From the NCBI RefSeq assembly GCF_009914755.1, contig NC_060946.1: a stretch of DNA of 64,000 nt. One strand, given 5' to 3'. This document shows positions 20,428 through 37,373 of this stretch, piece after piece; the stretch's first letter is position 1, and every line of letters starts with the position of its first letter. Under the pieces are notes generated by a model. That model saw only the letters and a list, made by a program, of their open reading frames with translations. It was not told where the DNA came from and did no database searches. This DNA comes from the human T2T-CHM13v2.0 reference genome, Homo sapiens. The position numbers were made by a program, and so were the translations under genes.

Positions 20428-20817
20428 CTAACATGCTCTGACTAGGACGAAGATTGGTATGCCTATGAACATCATCTGTCAAGGGTATTAGTATGTAAAA
20501 AGTTAAGGGTCACTGTTCTACTACTACTTTTTTTTTTTTTTTTTAAAGCCTTTCACCTCTTTAAAGCCTCTTCTCAGCAGAAAAACACCACGATAGGGTC
20601 AGGAAATCAGAGACACTGAATCAAATAAGGATCTGTCCTTGCAGAGAGAAGTGATTTCAGCCTCTTTTATCAATGAGGAAGGGGTGACTGGATAATAGGA
20701 CACTATCTTCTCCAGTATAGGACAGGTACATGTAACTTCTCTTCTACTTTACCACTATTTAAGTTACTGCAATAAATATTCTGACTACCATAGAAATGTA
20801 GCAAAAAGATTACTCAC

Positions 20818-20884
20818 CATCATTTAGGGCTTCAATAGCAGCCACTTTTTTATCATTTGCCTGATCCATCATCTCCTCCGTTAT
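20818..20884 (-). CDS. ST13: ST13 coding exon 5 (ITEEMMDQANDKKVAAIEALND), start of TPR domain
   Basis: CCTAG| acceptor, G|GTGAG donor, 67 nt. Confidence 0.97.
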
Positions 20885-22399
20885 CTAGGAAGAAAATAAA
20901 AATCATCTTAGAATTAGTAGAGAGAGAGAGAAGGAAGCAATTCATACTTTCTTAGGGATGAGGCGCAGTCACAATACCCATTTTCATTCATTCTTCTGTA
21001 GTCTCCAGAGAACAAAGAGACAATTATGATAACTCATTAGTGAGAAATTACATACGAGTTTTAACCTTTTATACTAAACAAATTTCACTCCTACACTCTG
21101 CCCGAGACATAACCTTTGCTTAACCTTCCGTCCCAACCAAAGCATACCAGCTCCTACCTAGCTATCCATAAATATTAAACCCAATCTCCTCACAAAAAGA
21201 TAACTAGCTCCTTTTAGGTTTAAATCCTCAGAAGAGAAAGGTCTCATTCCTTTGTTCCCACAAACAACTATTGAGCACCTATGCTATATAGATAGACCAA
21301 ACACTGTACAAGATGCTGACAGTATAAAGATTAGTTAAGAACAAAAACATGTGCATCTGGGCAACAGAGGGCGATCCCATCTCTCCAAAAAAAAGAAAAA
21401 AAAAAAAAAAAACAAGCTGGGCATGGTGGCACATGCATCTGGTCCCAGCTACTCAGGAGGCTGAGTTAGGAGGCTCGCTTGAGCTCAGGAAGTCAAGGCT
21501 GTAGTGAGTCTTGATTGTGTCACTGTACTCTAGCCTGGGTGACACAGAGCAAGACCATGTCTCACCCTACCCCTGCAAAAAAAGAACAAAGAGTTATAGC
21601 AAACATCCTCCTAAAATGGAAAGCTCTGGAGATCTTTAACCACAGGAAAAAAATATACAACTCATGCCTATAATCTCAGCACTTTGGGAGGCTGAGGCAG
21701 GTAGATCCCTTGAGCCCAGGAGTTCAAGACCAACCTGGGCAATATGGCGAAACTTCGTCTCTACAAAAAATAAAAAGAAAAAATAAATATTAAATATAAA
21801 AATAATGTTTTATTTAAAGACAGGGTCTACCTCTGTCACCCAAGCTCCGGTGCAGTGGTGCAATCACGGTTCACTGCAACCTCCATCTCCTGGGCTCAGC
21901 CTCCCCTCAAGTGTAGCTGGAACTACATGCTCGCAACCTACTAAATGTTTTGCTTTTTTTTTTTATAGAGACGGGTTTTCATCATGCTGCCCAGGCTGGT
22001 CTAGAACTCTTGGACTCAAGTGAGTTGCCTGCCTCACTCTCCCAAAGTTCTGGGATTAGAAGCATAAGCCGCCACTCCTGGCTGCAATTTTATTTTGAAG
22101 GTAATGCAGGACACAGGATACAAAGTCTATATTCAGAGGAAGAGAATGTATGTGGTCTAACCAGACACCTTCCAAAATAAATCTGCAACTCCAAATGCTA
22201 ATACCGGCAAGCATAATGGTATAAACCTGTCCTACAGAAACGGACAGTTGAGTAGTGAGATTAAAAGAACTTCCCCTGAAAATTCAGAGCCACAGCCAGC
22301 CTTTCATCTGGAATTCTGTATTACCAAAGTAATTGGAACAAACAAAAAAACACCATGCTGAGACTTTCAAGGGGTCCTTGAGTTGGTAGCACCAATTCA

Positions 22400-24070
22400 G
22401 AGACTTCATGGAAGCAATCACCTTCTTACCTAGGCCTCAAAATTTTTCTACAGGTGAAGTTCCAAAGAACACATTTTCAAAATATCACACACAACACACA
22501 AACACATCATAAAGTAAACAAGGTACCTTAATGAGCAAGAGCCATGAAAAATAAGAGTAAGACCAGCGAAGAGTTCAACAAGGAATTTAATGTGTTTAAT
22601 AAAAGTAAATTCTGAAAATGAGTAAAGAGCAAAAGACTTACAAATAACCAAGTAGACTTCAAAAAGATTTGAAGTACCAAAATGAAAAACACAAGCATTC
22701 CAATTCAAACATCAATGGAACAGACAAAGCATAGACTGCTTTTCAGCAGAGAGTGATAAAGAAATGAAACTTAATAACAAAAGTCTAACATTACCAGGGA
22801 TCCAGAATTAGAGCATAAAGTAAACAAGAAGGAGGCAATATTTAATAACAGCTGAAAATATTCTAGAGCTAAAGAAAGTTAACCCTAGAATTTGATGCTC
22901 ACTGAATCCCAAGCAGGATAAATAAAAAATTATAAACCTAGACACATCATAAAAGAAGTAATACCATCAATAAACATAACATTTAACCTTTAAAGTTTCC
23001 TTTGACAAATGGTGACAGAAAGTACTTACATTTGTTCTTAACAAAAATGCACAAGACTTACGTCAGGTGCAGTGACTCATACCTGTAATCCCAGCACTCT
23101 GGAAGGCCAGGAGTTTGAGATTTTGTCTCTACTAAGAATTTTTAAAAATAAAAATAAAAAACTAGCTGGACATGGTGGTGCATGACTATAGTCCCAGCTG
23201 GTCAGGAGGCTGAGGTGGGAGGATCACTTGAGCCCAGGGCGTCAAGGGCGCAGTGAGCTATGATTGTACCACTACACTCCAGCCTGGATGGAAGAGTGAG
23301 ACACTGTCTCAAAAAAACAAAGCACAAGACTTATGGGGAACACGTTAGTAAGTTATTAAAATATTTTAAAAACACCTAAAAATTGGGCAGATAACATTAT
23401 TTATGGATAGTTTATCTCAATGGTGAGGAGATATATCTTTTCCCGAACTTGATTTAGATTTAACACAATTCTAACAAAGGGGAAAAAAACCAATGGAAGC
23501 GGGGAGACTTGATCAACCTATTTCTAAAATTTACTTGGAAAAACAAAAAGCCAAGAACAGCCAAAAGACTAAAAAGTTTTGGGGGTCCTTGTTCTACAAA
23601 ATAACAAGACTTAGTATCAGACGATGTGGCATTAGTGAACAGAAAAAAAATAGACAAGCAGAACAATAAACTCCTGAAACAGACCCACAATATTCAGAAA
23701 CAGTGTATTTTAGTTTTGGTGGGACCGGTAGATTAAAGGTGAAAGGTGAGTGTATAAAATGTTCAGAAGAGAAAAAGCAATGCACTACAGCAATTATAAC
23801 CTCAAAGTAATAAAGCAGAAAATATCTGCATTAAAAGATACTATTTTTGAAACAACATGAAGAAAGATGAGTGAAGATGAGTCACAAACTAGCAGAAAAT
23901 ATATGCAGCACTAGCAACAAATTATTAGCATCCAGAATATTGAAATGAAATACAAAGCAGTAAGAAAAAGATCCAGCAAAAAGTGGAAAAAGTTTAAACA
24001 GGAGTTCGCAAATGCCAGTGAACAGCCAATAAACATTTAAATATGCTCAGCCTCATTAGGAATCAGGAAA
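22400..24070 (+). mobile_element. Old L1 (L1M-type) fragments with Alu insertions
   Basis: A-rich, degenerate L1 ORF2-like sequence (e.g. CTAAAATTTACTTGGAAAAACAAAAAGCCAAGAACAGCC). Confidence 0.55.
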
Positions 24071-24097
24071 ATGCATTTTTTTTTTTTTTTTAAATAG

Positions 24098-24454
<357 letters not shown>

Positions 24455-25028
24455 TGAGGATAAAAACCAATCTTTTAAAACTGCTATTACTATATTAGAG
24501 TGTTTCTCAAATTTTTATCAGACACTAAGGAGCCTTTTTAGACATCTTTTCCTCATTTCCATATCCCCAATTTTAATACCACAGATACACTACATATTAA
24601 TATTCTATGAGTCTTTGGAGGACCACTAACCATTGTAATATATAGAATTTTTTTTAAGCCCTCCTCCCAAGAACCAATTTTCACTCCCTTGAGGGCCTGT
24701 TATGACAAACCATTCTGTAATACAATTTGGCATTAGATATTCCATCAAGAGCAACTCCACTAATAGGTATGTATTTTAAGTGAATTCTGCGTTACAGTGC
24801 AAGCAGTCACACCAGATGCAAACTTAAAAAACAGATAAAACAGAAAGTAACAGTATTTATTTTCATTAGTATTTTAAGTAGTAAAATACAATGCTTGCCT
24901 AAAACGCCTGAAGTCAGAGAAAGATTTACTATGCGCTTTTCCTGGAAGAATCGTGTCATAAAATCATTGCAACAGCAGGACCTTTCACATTTCTTAGAAC
25001 AAGCAGGAAATCAAGTCACCGAACTTAC

Positions 25029-25099
25029 CTCCGCATTTTCATCTCCCATTTCTTGAGGAGCATCAGTGTCTGGTTCAATCACACCTTCTTTATCAATTT
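25029..25099 (-). CDS. ST13: ST13 coding exon 4 ([24 protein letters not shown])
   Basis: GCAG| acceptor, GAG|GTAAG donor, 71 nt. Confidence 0.97.
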
Positions 25100-26145
25100 C
25101 TGCCAAAGTCGAGAAAATGACAATAAGACCTGCACCGTACAATATAGTAGCCACTCCCAAGATTATTAAAAACTGACATACTATGACTACTACAATTAAT
25201 TATTTTAAGTATTGATGCATTTTAAAATATGTTCCCATTAAACATTTCGTTACTTTGGTAAGACTACACTTTACGTTAACTGTCACATCATGTAAGATAT
25301 TTATTATCAGGTTGTAGTGGGGTTGTTGACATGTGCAGTTTCTAGTATTACACATAAATACACCACTGATTTAGTCATTGTATATAAATACACCATTGTC
25401 AACAAACTGATTTAGTTCAAATAATTTTTTTCTACACACTGATGTACTATGTTTTTCAAAAATATGCAGGTAAGCTACAGTGATACTTCAACGTAAATCA
25501 AAATATTTTAATATAATTACATTCATTACTTTCCTTTTTTAAAATTAAAATAATTTTGGGGGGGGCACAGGATCTTACTATGTTGTCCAAGAAATCCTCC
25601 CACCTCGGCCTCCCAAAGCACTAGGATTCCAAGCATGAGCCACTGCACCTGGTCCCTAATTATTTTCATTTTTAAAAGTAGCATGGACAAGTTTTAATTT
25701 TAAAATAAAGGCTTACTACTGATGCAGAATCAAGTACCAAGGCTAGATTTAAAAATAAATTTAGTTTCCATATGTACAGTAGTGACCAAAGCTAGTACTT
25801 ACAACCAAAACAGTAAAGAATGAAAAGCAGTATCTTGCTTTTCAAATTGTCATTTAACAGTTGTCAGTTAAATGACAACTGTAATTTGTTGCAAGTGGAA
25901 AACGAGTTTTATATATATATACACACACACACGCACGTATCATTTAAAAAGAACACATTTGCAAATAGTTAATTTGATAAGAAGTTTCCTTAGTCAAAAA
26001 AAAAAAATTTAAAATCACCCACCTAAAATCAGAATTACTGTCCAGCAACAACAAAACTTGACGCATGACTGACAAACTATATATATACATATATGTATAT
26101 GGTGTACAATGCGATGTTTTAACATACAGGTATATCGTTTTTTGA

Positions 26146-26304
<159 letters not shown>

Positions 26305-26427
26305 TAGTAGAGATGGGGTTTCTCCATGTTAGTCAGGCTGGTCTCCAACTCCCGACCTCAGGTGGTCCACCCGCCTCAGCCTCCCAAAGTGCTGGGATTA
26401 AAGGTGTGAGTCACCGTGCCTGACCTC

Positions 26428-26471
26428 AGGCATACCTCATTTTATTGTGTTTCACTTTACTGCACCTCACA
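26428..26471 (+). mobile_element. Tigger1 5' terminal fragment; the adjacent Alu (26138-26426) inserted into its end
   Basis: CAGGCATACCTCATTTTATTGTGTTTCACTTTACTGCACCTCAC resembles the Tigger1 start; CAGGTATATC repeated before the Alu. Confidence 0.55.
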
Positions 26472-26884
26472 TAATGAAATGATTCTCACCCATCATATTA
26501 ATAACTATCCATCTCACATATTTATTTGTTTTTGGTGAGAACACTGAAGATCCAGTCTCTTAACAAATTTCAAGTATACAGTATTATAGTCATGCTGTAT
26601 ACTGGATCTCTGGAATTTATTCAGATTATAGCTCAAAGTTTATGCCCTTTAACACGGTAAAAAAATTTTAATCCATTTTTTAACAGCAACTAAGCTTGTC
26701 TATCAAAGTTTGATTTGTATACAAAAAAGAAAACACTTTTAGGTGGAGAGTTGGTTAAAAAATTTATTGTAGTTTTAGAAACTGGTAGAAAGTAAGACTA
26801 AAGAGGCATTTTATAAAAAGTAAAAGATCTTCAATTTAGCACTCAAACAACTGCCAGTAGAATGTAAGACCTCTAATGATATCA

Positions 26885-27223
<339 letters not shown>

Positions 27224-27405
27224 TCAAAATTTAAAACATTTCAAGTACTTTTCTTCAGGTTCTGTGATATAAGAGACTTCCAAATTCATGAAGAAATTTA
27301 GTCAATTTGTGGCCAAAAAACCAACCAAACTCATAGCACAGATAACTACTCTTCTAAATATGAACCAGTTTTATCAACATGGTTGTAAGAACTAAACAAA
27401 TACTA

Positions 27406-27940
<535 letters not shown>

Positions 27941-28140
27941 TTATTAACAAATATTGAGGCCAGGTGCAGTGGCTCACGCCTGTAATCTCAGCACTTTGGG
28001 AGGCCAAGGTGGGTGGATCACGAGGTCAGGAGTTCGAGGCCAGCCTTGCCAACATGGTGAAAGCCCGTCTTTACTAAAATTATAAAAATTAGCCGAGTGT
28101 GGTGGCAGGTTCCTCTAATCCCAGTTACTCGGGAGGCTCA

Positions 28141-28236
<96 letters not shown>

Positions 28237-28484
28237 TCAAAAAGAACAAAAAAACAAAAAAAAATATTGATTACACATGTCAATATTTCAACCAATATGC
28301 CATTAATATCTGAATTTATTTCATGTTTCCTTTTACTTTCTAAAATGTGACTACTAGAACATTCTAAGTTTCATATGTGCCATTATATTTCTATTACACA
28401 GTGCTGATTTAAGTCACTTTAATAAAAATCAACAAAGTATCACATCATAGGTTTTCAAATACAAACTAACTACCGTCTCCTCAC

Positions 28485-28560
28485 CTAGATCACTTTCCTC
28501 ACTTGATGGTTCGTCTGCCTTTAAGTCTTCCTCCACCTTCTTACTATCAGGTTTTTCTTC
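28485..28560 (-). CDS. ST13: ST13 coding exon 3 ([25 protein letters not shown])
   Basis: CTAG| acceptor, G|GTGAG donor, 76 nt. Confidence 0.97.
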
Positions 28561-28636
28561 CTAGCAAAGGGAAGACAAACAGTAGTATCAGTATTTAATA
28601 ACATACCGAATATTTATACTAATTTCTACAAATCTA

Positions 28637-28953
<317 letters not shown>

Positions 28954-30193
28954 TCAAAATAAAGTTTGAACATTGACAATAAACAGTTTAGAGATTATAA
29001 ATAGCCTCATGTCCACTCACATTATATTTTATTGCCAAATTTAGTAAAAATCTTTACAAGGGTTTTTGAGTTTTGGAACTGCAAATAAGAACCTGTGGAA
29101 TTACAATAATAAACAATGAAAATTCAAAGAATTTAAAAGTGCACGACATATAGAAAGCAACACTTTCTTCCCATCCTATAAATAACCAGTGTGGTTTCTT
29201 GTATATCCCATTGCAGGATAGTCTCTCTATATATGAAACAACTCTATCCTTTGCCTTTTGCATTTAACAACGCTGTGTATCTTGTAAATTATATACCATT
29301 ATCAGCCTACCTTCATCTATTCACTCAACCATATATTGTTAACCATTTTTAGGTTGCTTCCCTGTTACTTAAAAAATTAGAACCAAGGCAGGGCGCAGTG
29401 GCTCATGCCTGTAATTCCAGCACTTTGGGAGTCCGAGGTGGGTGGATCACGAGGTCAGGAGATTGAGACCATCCTGGCTAACATGGTGAAACCCCTTCTC
29501 CACTAAAAACACAAAAAAATTAGCCGGACGTGGTGGTGGGCACCTGTAGTCCCAGCTACTCAGGAAGCTGAGGCAGGAGAAGGGCGTGAACCTGGGAGGC
29601 AGAGCTTGCAATGAGCCAAGAGATCGCACCACTGCACTCCAGCCTGGGCAACAGAGTGAGACTCTGTCTCAAAAAAAAAAAAAAAAAAAAAAAAATTAGA
29701 ACCAAAAACCTACCTTGTCACAAAATATTTGTTGAGTCCCTATAAAATGTGCAAAGTCTAGGTATTCTAGAATATATTGAAAAGAAAAGACAAGCCATAA
29801 TTCTAGTTTAGAATGTTTTTCTTACAAAAAATTTTCAGCTGACACATAGGTTAAATATAATTTTGCCTTCATACACATTTGCCAAATAGCAAAATATCTA
29901 GGGCTCAGAAAATACCACTCTGATAAATGGTCCTTTTAAAAAAAAGGTAACTACTTTTTGGGCTTTTGCTTACCTTTTCGCATTCTCCTTCTTAATAGAC
30001 ATAACTTCCACTTTAAGATCCAAATAGATAACAATGTTTAAGTTTCTAAATAATAAAACAGCTATTTTCTTGTCGATTTAAGACAGCTAATCAGAAAATT
30101 TGCAAAAAAAAAAAAAAGCCTTTTAGATATGAAGGCAGAAGAGAGAAATAAAAAATTATGAAGAAAGCATTCTGGGCCAGGCATGGTGGCTCA

Positions 30194-30505
<312 letters not shown>

Positions 30506-31014
30506 TCATCTGTCTCTCAACTTCAGCTACTGGTAACCTTCTCCTAATCTTACACGTCCTTTAAGCAAATATGCTAACCCAACACCATGATTCACACTCA
30601 CAAATATCACTCAGGTAGTAGAGCAAAAAAATTAAATTACTGACCTGGGATACTTCATTTACTCTGCAAATAATAAATAAAGTACCTACAATGCATATGA
30701 CACACTGTAAGGCAATGATGAAGACTACGGATGCACACCATCACGGAGCTTACCACTTACAGGCCATACATGTAACTTTTATTGTCATGTATTCTAAAAC
30801 AGTGAACATCCAACCCTAAATTCTCAGTTCTAAATCAGAATCCAGAGAATTCGGGTCTACAAAGTTATAAAGATAAAGAGGTCTTAAAAGGTCTTATTTC
30901 CAAGTGATCTTGGGGAAATCAGGAGTGATAACTGGAGAGCAGCAGTTTAAAAACAACCCCTAAGAAATCTTATAGTACTTTATCACAAAACATACAAATG
31001 AAATTAAAACTTAC

Positions 31015-31072
31015 CTTGGTATTTTCTTCTGATTTAGCTTTCTGAGTAGCAGGTGGTACTTTACCACCCATG
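31015..31072 (-). CDS. ST13: ST13 coding exon 2 ((S)MGGKVPPATQKAKSEENTK)
   Basis: TTCAAG|C acceptor, AAG|GTAAG donor, 58 nt, frame continuous with exon 1. Confidence 0.97.
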
Positions 31073-31893
31073 CTTGAAGAAGATGAGAAAAAAGATATTT
31101 GTTTAGAAAATTAAAATTCACTGTCACGCAACGTATTTACACCTAAAAAATAACGTTAGACATTTAGATGACTACCTTTTCAAAATTTAAAAGTAAACTC
31201 TCAATTAATCTGAATGCTGTGGTATTATTATGGTTAAATTTTTTCCAGCTTAAAATTTATTTTAAGGCTACTGGCTAATGAACCCCTTTCTTTGCCTCAA
31301 TGAGTCAAATAAACATAATGTATAGCTTCTCTGTGCCTCTTCCCAGAGGAAAAGAGGCAGATATGTCAACATGCAATGACAAAATCATTTGCACAAGCTG
31401 TTAACTTAGAATTCAACTCAGTAGGTATATCTGAATCCTAAATTTGAAACTTGAAATAAGAGTTCAATTAAATTCAAATATGCAGTTTATGAAGTAACTA
31501 TACCGTCATGATATAATTCAAAATGTTTGTGTCCTGTGACTGAGACCTATGAGAATTTTTCTTGCTTATATTTGCATGCCCATCACATTATAGATTTTCT
31601 CCTTATACACCCCTCCCAACCTCATCCATTAATACTTCCTCCTGACCCTACAAACTCTTCTTTCCCAAATAGTTCAGGGCAACACAATTCATTATAAGCA
31701 AATAACTAGAAGAGAAAAATTACAAAGAATTAGCGTTACATGCTCCATTTGGTGCAGACCCTATAGTATATGGGCTACCTGCAACAATCCAGTGACTAAA
31801 ATGGTTGATAGACTTAAGAGCACTCCACAACAGTTGGAAGCAACGTAGACATTATTAAAATTTGCCTTAAAAACAAACAACAAAAGCCATTAA

Positions 31894-32115
<222 letters not shown>

Positions 32116-32239
32116 TAGTAGAGACGGGGTTTCACCATGTTAGCCAGAACGGTCTCGATCTCCTGACCTCGTAATCCGCCAGCCTTGGCCTCCCAAAGTG
32201 CTGGATTTACAGGCATGAGCCACTGCGCCCGGCCTGATT

Positions 32240-32690
32240 CTTTGTAACTAGAGTTGTCATATCCACACTTACATTCATTTCAGTTGGGTGGAATTTGTGG
32301 TCATAAGGGTATGTGCAGGCTGAATTTAAATGGGCATCAGTTTTCTGAAGTTCTTTTATCAATTTACACTTTTATCAGCAATGTATGAGAATTCCAATTG
32401 TTTCACGCCTTGGCCAATGCTTAGCTATTGTCCATCTTAAAGATTTTTTAGCCATTCTGATAGGTGCCTACTGGCATCTCATTGCAGTTGAGTCCCTTTT
32501 CATATATTTACTGGTCATTTAAAAAGACTTTTTTGTACAGTTCAACTCTCATCCAGCTTTCTAATAGATTGTCCTTCTTTATTTGAAGGTGTTGTCTGTA
32601 TTCTGCATATGAACCCTTTGTCAGCTTTATGTGTTGCAAATATTTTCTCCCACCCTGTAGGTTGCCTTTTCACTCCCTTAGTATCATCTG
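32240..32690 (-). mobile_element. Old L1 ORF2 3' fragment
   Basis: ORF 32542..32781 contains VKRQPTGWEKIFATHKADKG, like the L1 ORF2 C-terminal region. Confidence 0.75.
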
Positions 32691-33109
32691 AGAATCCCAA
32701 TATGAAGCAAAAGTATAAATGCAAAGTAGCAGATGGAATGAAAAGAAACAGAATTTGGAATTTCTTATAAGCACCATTCAAACGAAGAAAATGTGCCTAC
32801 TTTTTCCATTATGTTTAATATGATAGAAGAAAATGTTACACAGTACCCTTAATATGGAATAGCTCCCATGTCAAACATAAAGATTATATGATCCAAAACA
32901 TCCTAATCTGCAATTCAGCAAAGTAAAATGATTTAATGATAAGGAACAGGCATATAGACACCACAAAATTCTTTTCTATGGAAACACTACTTTGCAAAAG
33001 AGCACAGTAATCACCAGTCCTTTGTAGTTAAATTTTAATGAAGACACAGGGTTTCTTACACTGTGTTCTTCCTAAGTTTCAAAATGCAGCGTCAGGAATG
33101 TATTTAGAG

Positions 33110-33560
33110 TGACATCCAGACATAGTATAACTTACAGTACACTAACTTTGGGAAGTGATATTCCTGCCAAGAAATGTATTAAGCTAAATCCAATCCTAAG
33201 GGAAGGCCAGACAAACCCAAATTGAAAGTCTATAAAATAACTTGCCAATAACATTCAAACTGTTAAGATCATGAAAGTCAAGGAAAGACTGAGGAACTGT
33301 TTCAGAATGGAGACTACGTGACATGGCAACTAAATGCAACACATAAATCTGAGGATTAGATAGCATAAATGCATCAGCATTAGTTTCCTAAGTTTAGTAT
33401 TTGCATTGTAAAGACTTTGTAGGAAGTACACACTCACTGGTGTTGGGGTATAATGTTGGCAGCTTACTCTCAACTAGTTCAGAAAAAATTCCTTTGTACC
33501 ATACCTGCAATTTTTCTGAGCTAGAAATTGTTGCAAAAAAAATAAAAACTTTAAAAAAAA
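33110..33560 (+). mobile_element. L1MC-type 3' end fragment
   Basis: CAGACAAACCCAAATTGA...ATCATGAAAGTCAAGGAAAGACTGAGGAACTG...ACTAAATGCAAC. Confidence 0.6.
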
Positions 33561-36500
33561 AAGAGGATTTACTCATAAGCTAGATTTAGTTTCTCCCATC
33601 CCAAATTCTAGTTAACTAATGGAAGAAAACACCAACTCATAGGTACGAAATTTCAATTAATGCTTCCAAGGCTTAGAACAAGCTACTTTCTGGCCAAAAA
33701 CTGCCACTTGGACTTTGGCACTACAGGCTTTTTTATGTTACACAATCAAGTAGGACCAGTGTAGAGACTTTTCTCACATAGGACCACATAAAACTTCATT
33801 CACATTTCTCTTAATTTGATAACCTTCTAATCTGCTTTGTGCTATGGTTATTTGTACACATGTACAAAAAATTGGTTGCTACACTCTAAATTCTATATTG
33901 AGGGTAGAAATGCATTCTGTTCATTTCCTTTACAACATTTAGGAAAAGCCATGTGCCACGTACTGTACTAGGGAGTAGAAAACAAAGACACTCTCTTCGA
34001 TCTTAATTACCATCAAGTAAAGCCATGAAACCACATACAAGATACTAAATTGTTAAACGGGAGAAAATAGAGTGGGAGAATGCTTCTGTCTCTAAAAAGG
34101 GAAAAACAAAAATATCTCAAAACACAGTTCTTGAAAAGAACAGTCTCCTGGATCCTCACTGACAACTAGTTCAGAAAGACTTTTAGTATTTCTCTTTGTG
34201 CAATTTAAAAGGTTAAACTAATAAATCCTTATATCAAATAAAACTAAGCTATAAACAATGCTAGCAATTATAGCAAATAGGCAGATGTACTGTTCTTCAA
34301 CAGCTAAGCCTGTGAGAAACACATGTTTTCAACTTGAGTAACCCTAACAGTAGCATCAGGCCTAGGAAGACGTCTGGACCTAGAAGTCTCCACATTCAGC
34401 CCCATCTGCCACAATCTCGAACTGCAGACTGATGAAGGCAGAGAGAGAAACTGACACAAACGCAAAGGCCTCAGAGTTTATAAAAATCTTAGTTTAAATA
34501 CAGAAATAAAGAGAAAAAGCTTCTATATTAAATATCTCAATTTAAGTTCAGAATAAAGTCCCTACATATGCCATGATGCTTCACCCCATACTTCAGCCAA
34601 CTCAGGATGGCTAAAGAATGTAAGTGGAATCAGAAAGAAAAACTGGAATTACCTATGTTAAAATAAGGTATATGACTATTTCTTGTTTTTGTTTGGGAGA
34701 TAGTAGTGCCTGACAAATATTTTGCAAACCTTAAAGTGGAATTCTCTACATAGGCACAATCACTCCAGCACAAGTCAGGAGGACACTGTTCTTACACATG
34801 CTTTTAATTTGTTCTTCTGTGTCTCCTCTTCCTCACTAGTAAGAATGAAACAAAAACATTGTATCCACTTAATGTAAAGTGGAGCCAGCTCTTGGAGCCG
34901 GCTATTTTCTTCCTGTGATACTTGTCTACGTTACCTGGAATTTTAGAAAGAATTTATTAACTGCAGGTTCTTTCCTATAATTAGGATAAAAGCATACAAA
35001 TATCTTAAGGCTTTTGGATCATCAAGCTGTTCAATAGAGAAAACGACTAAAACCTAGCCCTCAATTCCTAATCCTGACATTTCCCGGTTGAGGAGTTTGC
35101 AAAATAGACTTCTTACCAATATTCATAAAGTTACTATTAACATAGTAATATTAAATGGTCTCAGAATTTCACATATAAGTAAGTCTTCCAGTAGTTAGAC
35201 AATTGGTGGGGAGCTAAAAATTGAAAAACTTCTTAGAGGAAAAAAATACAACATACAACGCTGACAGATTGTAACGAGTTTTTTCCTTAGAACCAGATTG
35301 TTGTTAAGAAATATTCTTTGAGCTATTTGGTAATCATGAGCTCATCTTCCCACACAAAAATATCACGCTGGGTGAAGTGGCTCACGCCTGTAATACCACC
35401 ACTTTGGGAGGCGGGGGAGTCCCTTGAGGCCAGGAGTTCAAGACAAGCCTGGGCAACTTAATGGGACCCCCATCTCTACAAAAAAATTAAATTAGCCAAG
35501 TATGGTGGCTCGATCCCGCACTGCTAGCCACCTGGGAGACTGATGCAGGAGGATCGCTTGTGCCCAGGAATTGGAGGCTGCAGTGATCCCGCCACTGTAT
35601 GCGGCCTGGACAATACAGCCAAACCCTGTCTCTAAAAGACAAAAGTCACTAAACACATAACGTTCACAGCAGCACCTCTTAGGAGTCGCAATGGTCTGCA
35701 TAGTTGCTATTTATCCCTGTTTAGTGCAATTTGTATGTCATCTTTTCAGTTCCCCATTAGTAATAATTTTTTAAAAAGTCATCTTAGGGAAGACTTCCCT
35801 GTCACTTTTTCTCTTCGGTGCTCCTTCAACACATAAAATGCTAATTACTATTATATAGTAAATATCAAAACGAACTTTTCTATTTATTCGTCTAAATAGA
35901 CAGTACTTATACTGTTTCCTAGCACCAGGCACAATGCCTTGTCAATTAACTCCTTGCACGTAGCGAAGTACTCTACAGTTAAAGACAACAAGATTATATC
36001 CTGGAAACATGCCAGGCCTTAAGAAATTATTTTTCTCAGACGTGTTTGGAGTGATAACACTGCCAAGTAACGGAGGTATAATAAGTGATTCTCAAGATAA
36101 TTAATCCTACGCAGCTACAAACGCTGTAAGGTAAAAACAATCATTTTTACAGTTATCATTTTTATTCTTACTAGTTTTGTAACTTTTAACTTACTAGTGT
36201 TATATTATTATAACACGACGTAAAGGAATAGTGCGTAAAGGAACTGCTATGTACCAATGAGACCTGAGCAGGGCACACAAGACTGAAAGAAAAACAACCC
36301 CACGCAAAATCTAAGTCTTGCAGTTTTCACTCCTCGCGTCTCCAGTGTCCACGCATCCGCAGTCCTGTTTTTGTATTTCGCCCAAGATACACCCCTGGGC
36401 AACCTCAGGGTGCGAGGAACCCAGCTCTGCCTCCTGCTCCCCGCGGCTCCTGTACTACCCAAGGCTCGCGATCTTCCACGACCCCTCGAAGTTGCCTCCC

Positions 36501-36621
36501 TTTCCCGGGCAAAGAAGGGGCAGCGACCCCGCCTCGCCCGCCGGACCGAGCCAGGTCCAGCCTGGCTCCCCCCTGGGGCCGTGCTTCCCCCGCCCCCAAC
36601 GGTCCTCAGGCCTGGGTCTCA

Positions 36622-36961
<340 letters not shown>

Positions 36962-37086
36962 CGTGGCTGTTCGTGCTGTTGCCTGCCTCCCTGCGCATAC
37001 ATTCTCATATTCTTAACTAGGAACCAGCTCCCTGGATGGGGCAACCCCAGAAATGGGCGACTTCAAGGAGGCGGGAGATAACATCC

Positions 37087-37100
37087 CCTCCAGGGGGCGA
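37087..37100 (+). promoter_or_regulatory. CTCF-like core motif
   Basis: CCTCCAGGGGGCGA versus consensus CCACCAGGGGGCGC. Confidence 0.55.
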
Positions 37101-37213
37101 CGTCCAAGAGCATATTGTGTGGCTGCGTGCACTGAGTAGAGCTCAACGCCCGGGACCTAAAAAAAAAAAAAAAAAAGGGCGTGGAGCCGGAGGGTCGGTC
37201 CCAGCTCGGGGCA

Positions 37214-37221
37214 TGACGTCA
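37214..37221. promoter_or_regulatory. Full palindromic CRE (CREB/ATF site)
   Basis: TGACGTCA. Confidence 0.75.
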
Positions 37222-37264
37222 CAACCTGCGCCGCCGCGCAAGGAAGGCCCGCGAGCCGCCTCCG

Positions 37265-37271
37265 CCGGAAG
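37265..37271 (+). promoter_or_regulatory. ETS/GABP core motif
   Basis: CCGGAAG; ETS motifs are typical of bidirectional CpG promoters. Confidence 0.5.
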
Positions 37272-37373
37272 GGGAGGTGCGGCTGGCCCGGTTTCCTGGC
37301 GACGCGGCCCTGCAGGCGGTTGCGTTCCCCGTCGTTACCCTCTTTCTCTTCCCGACGCGTGAGTTAGGCCGTA

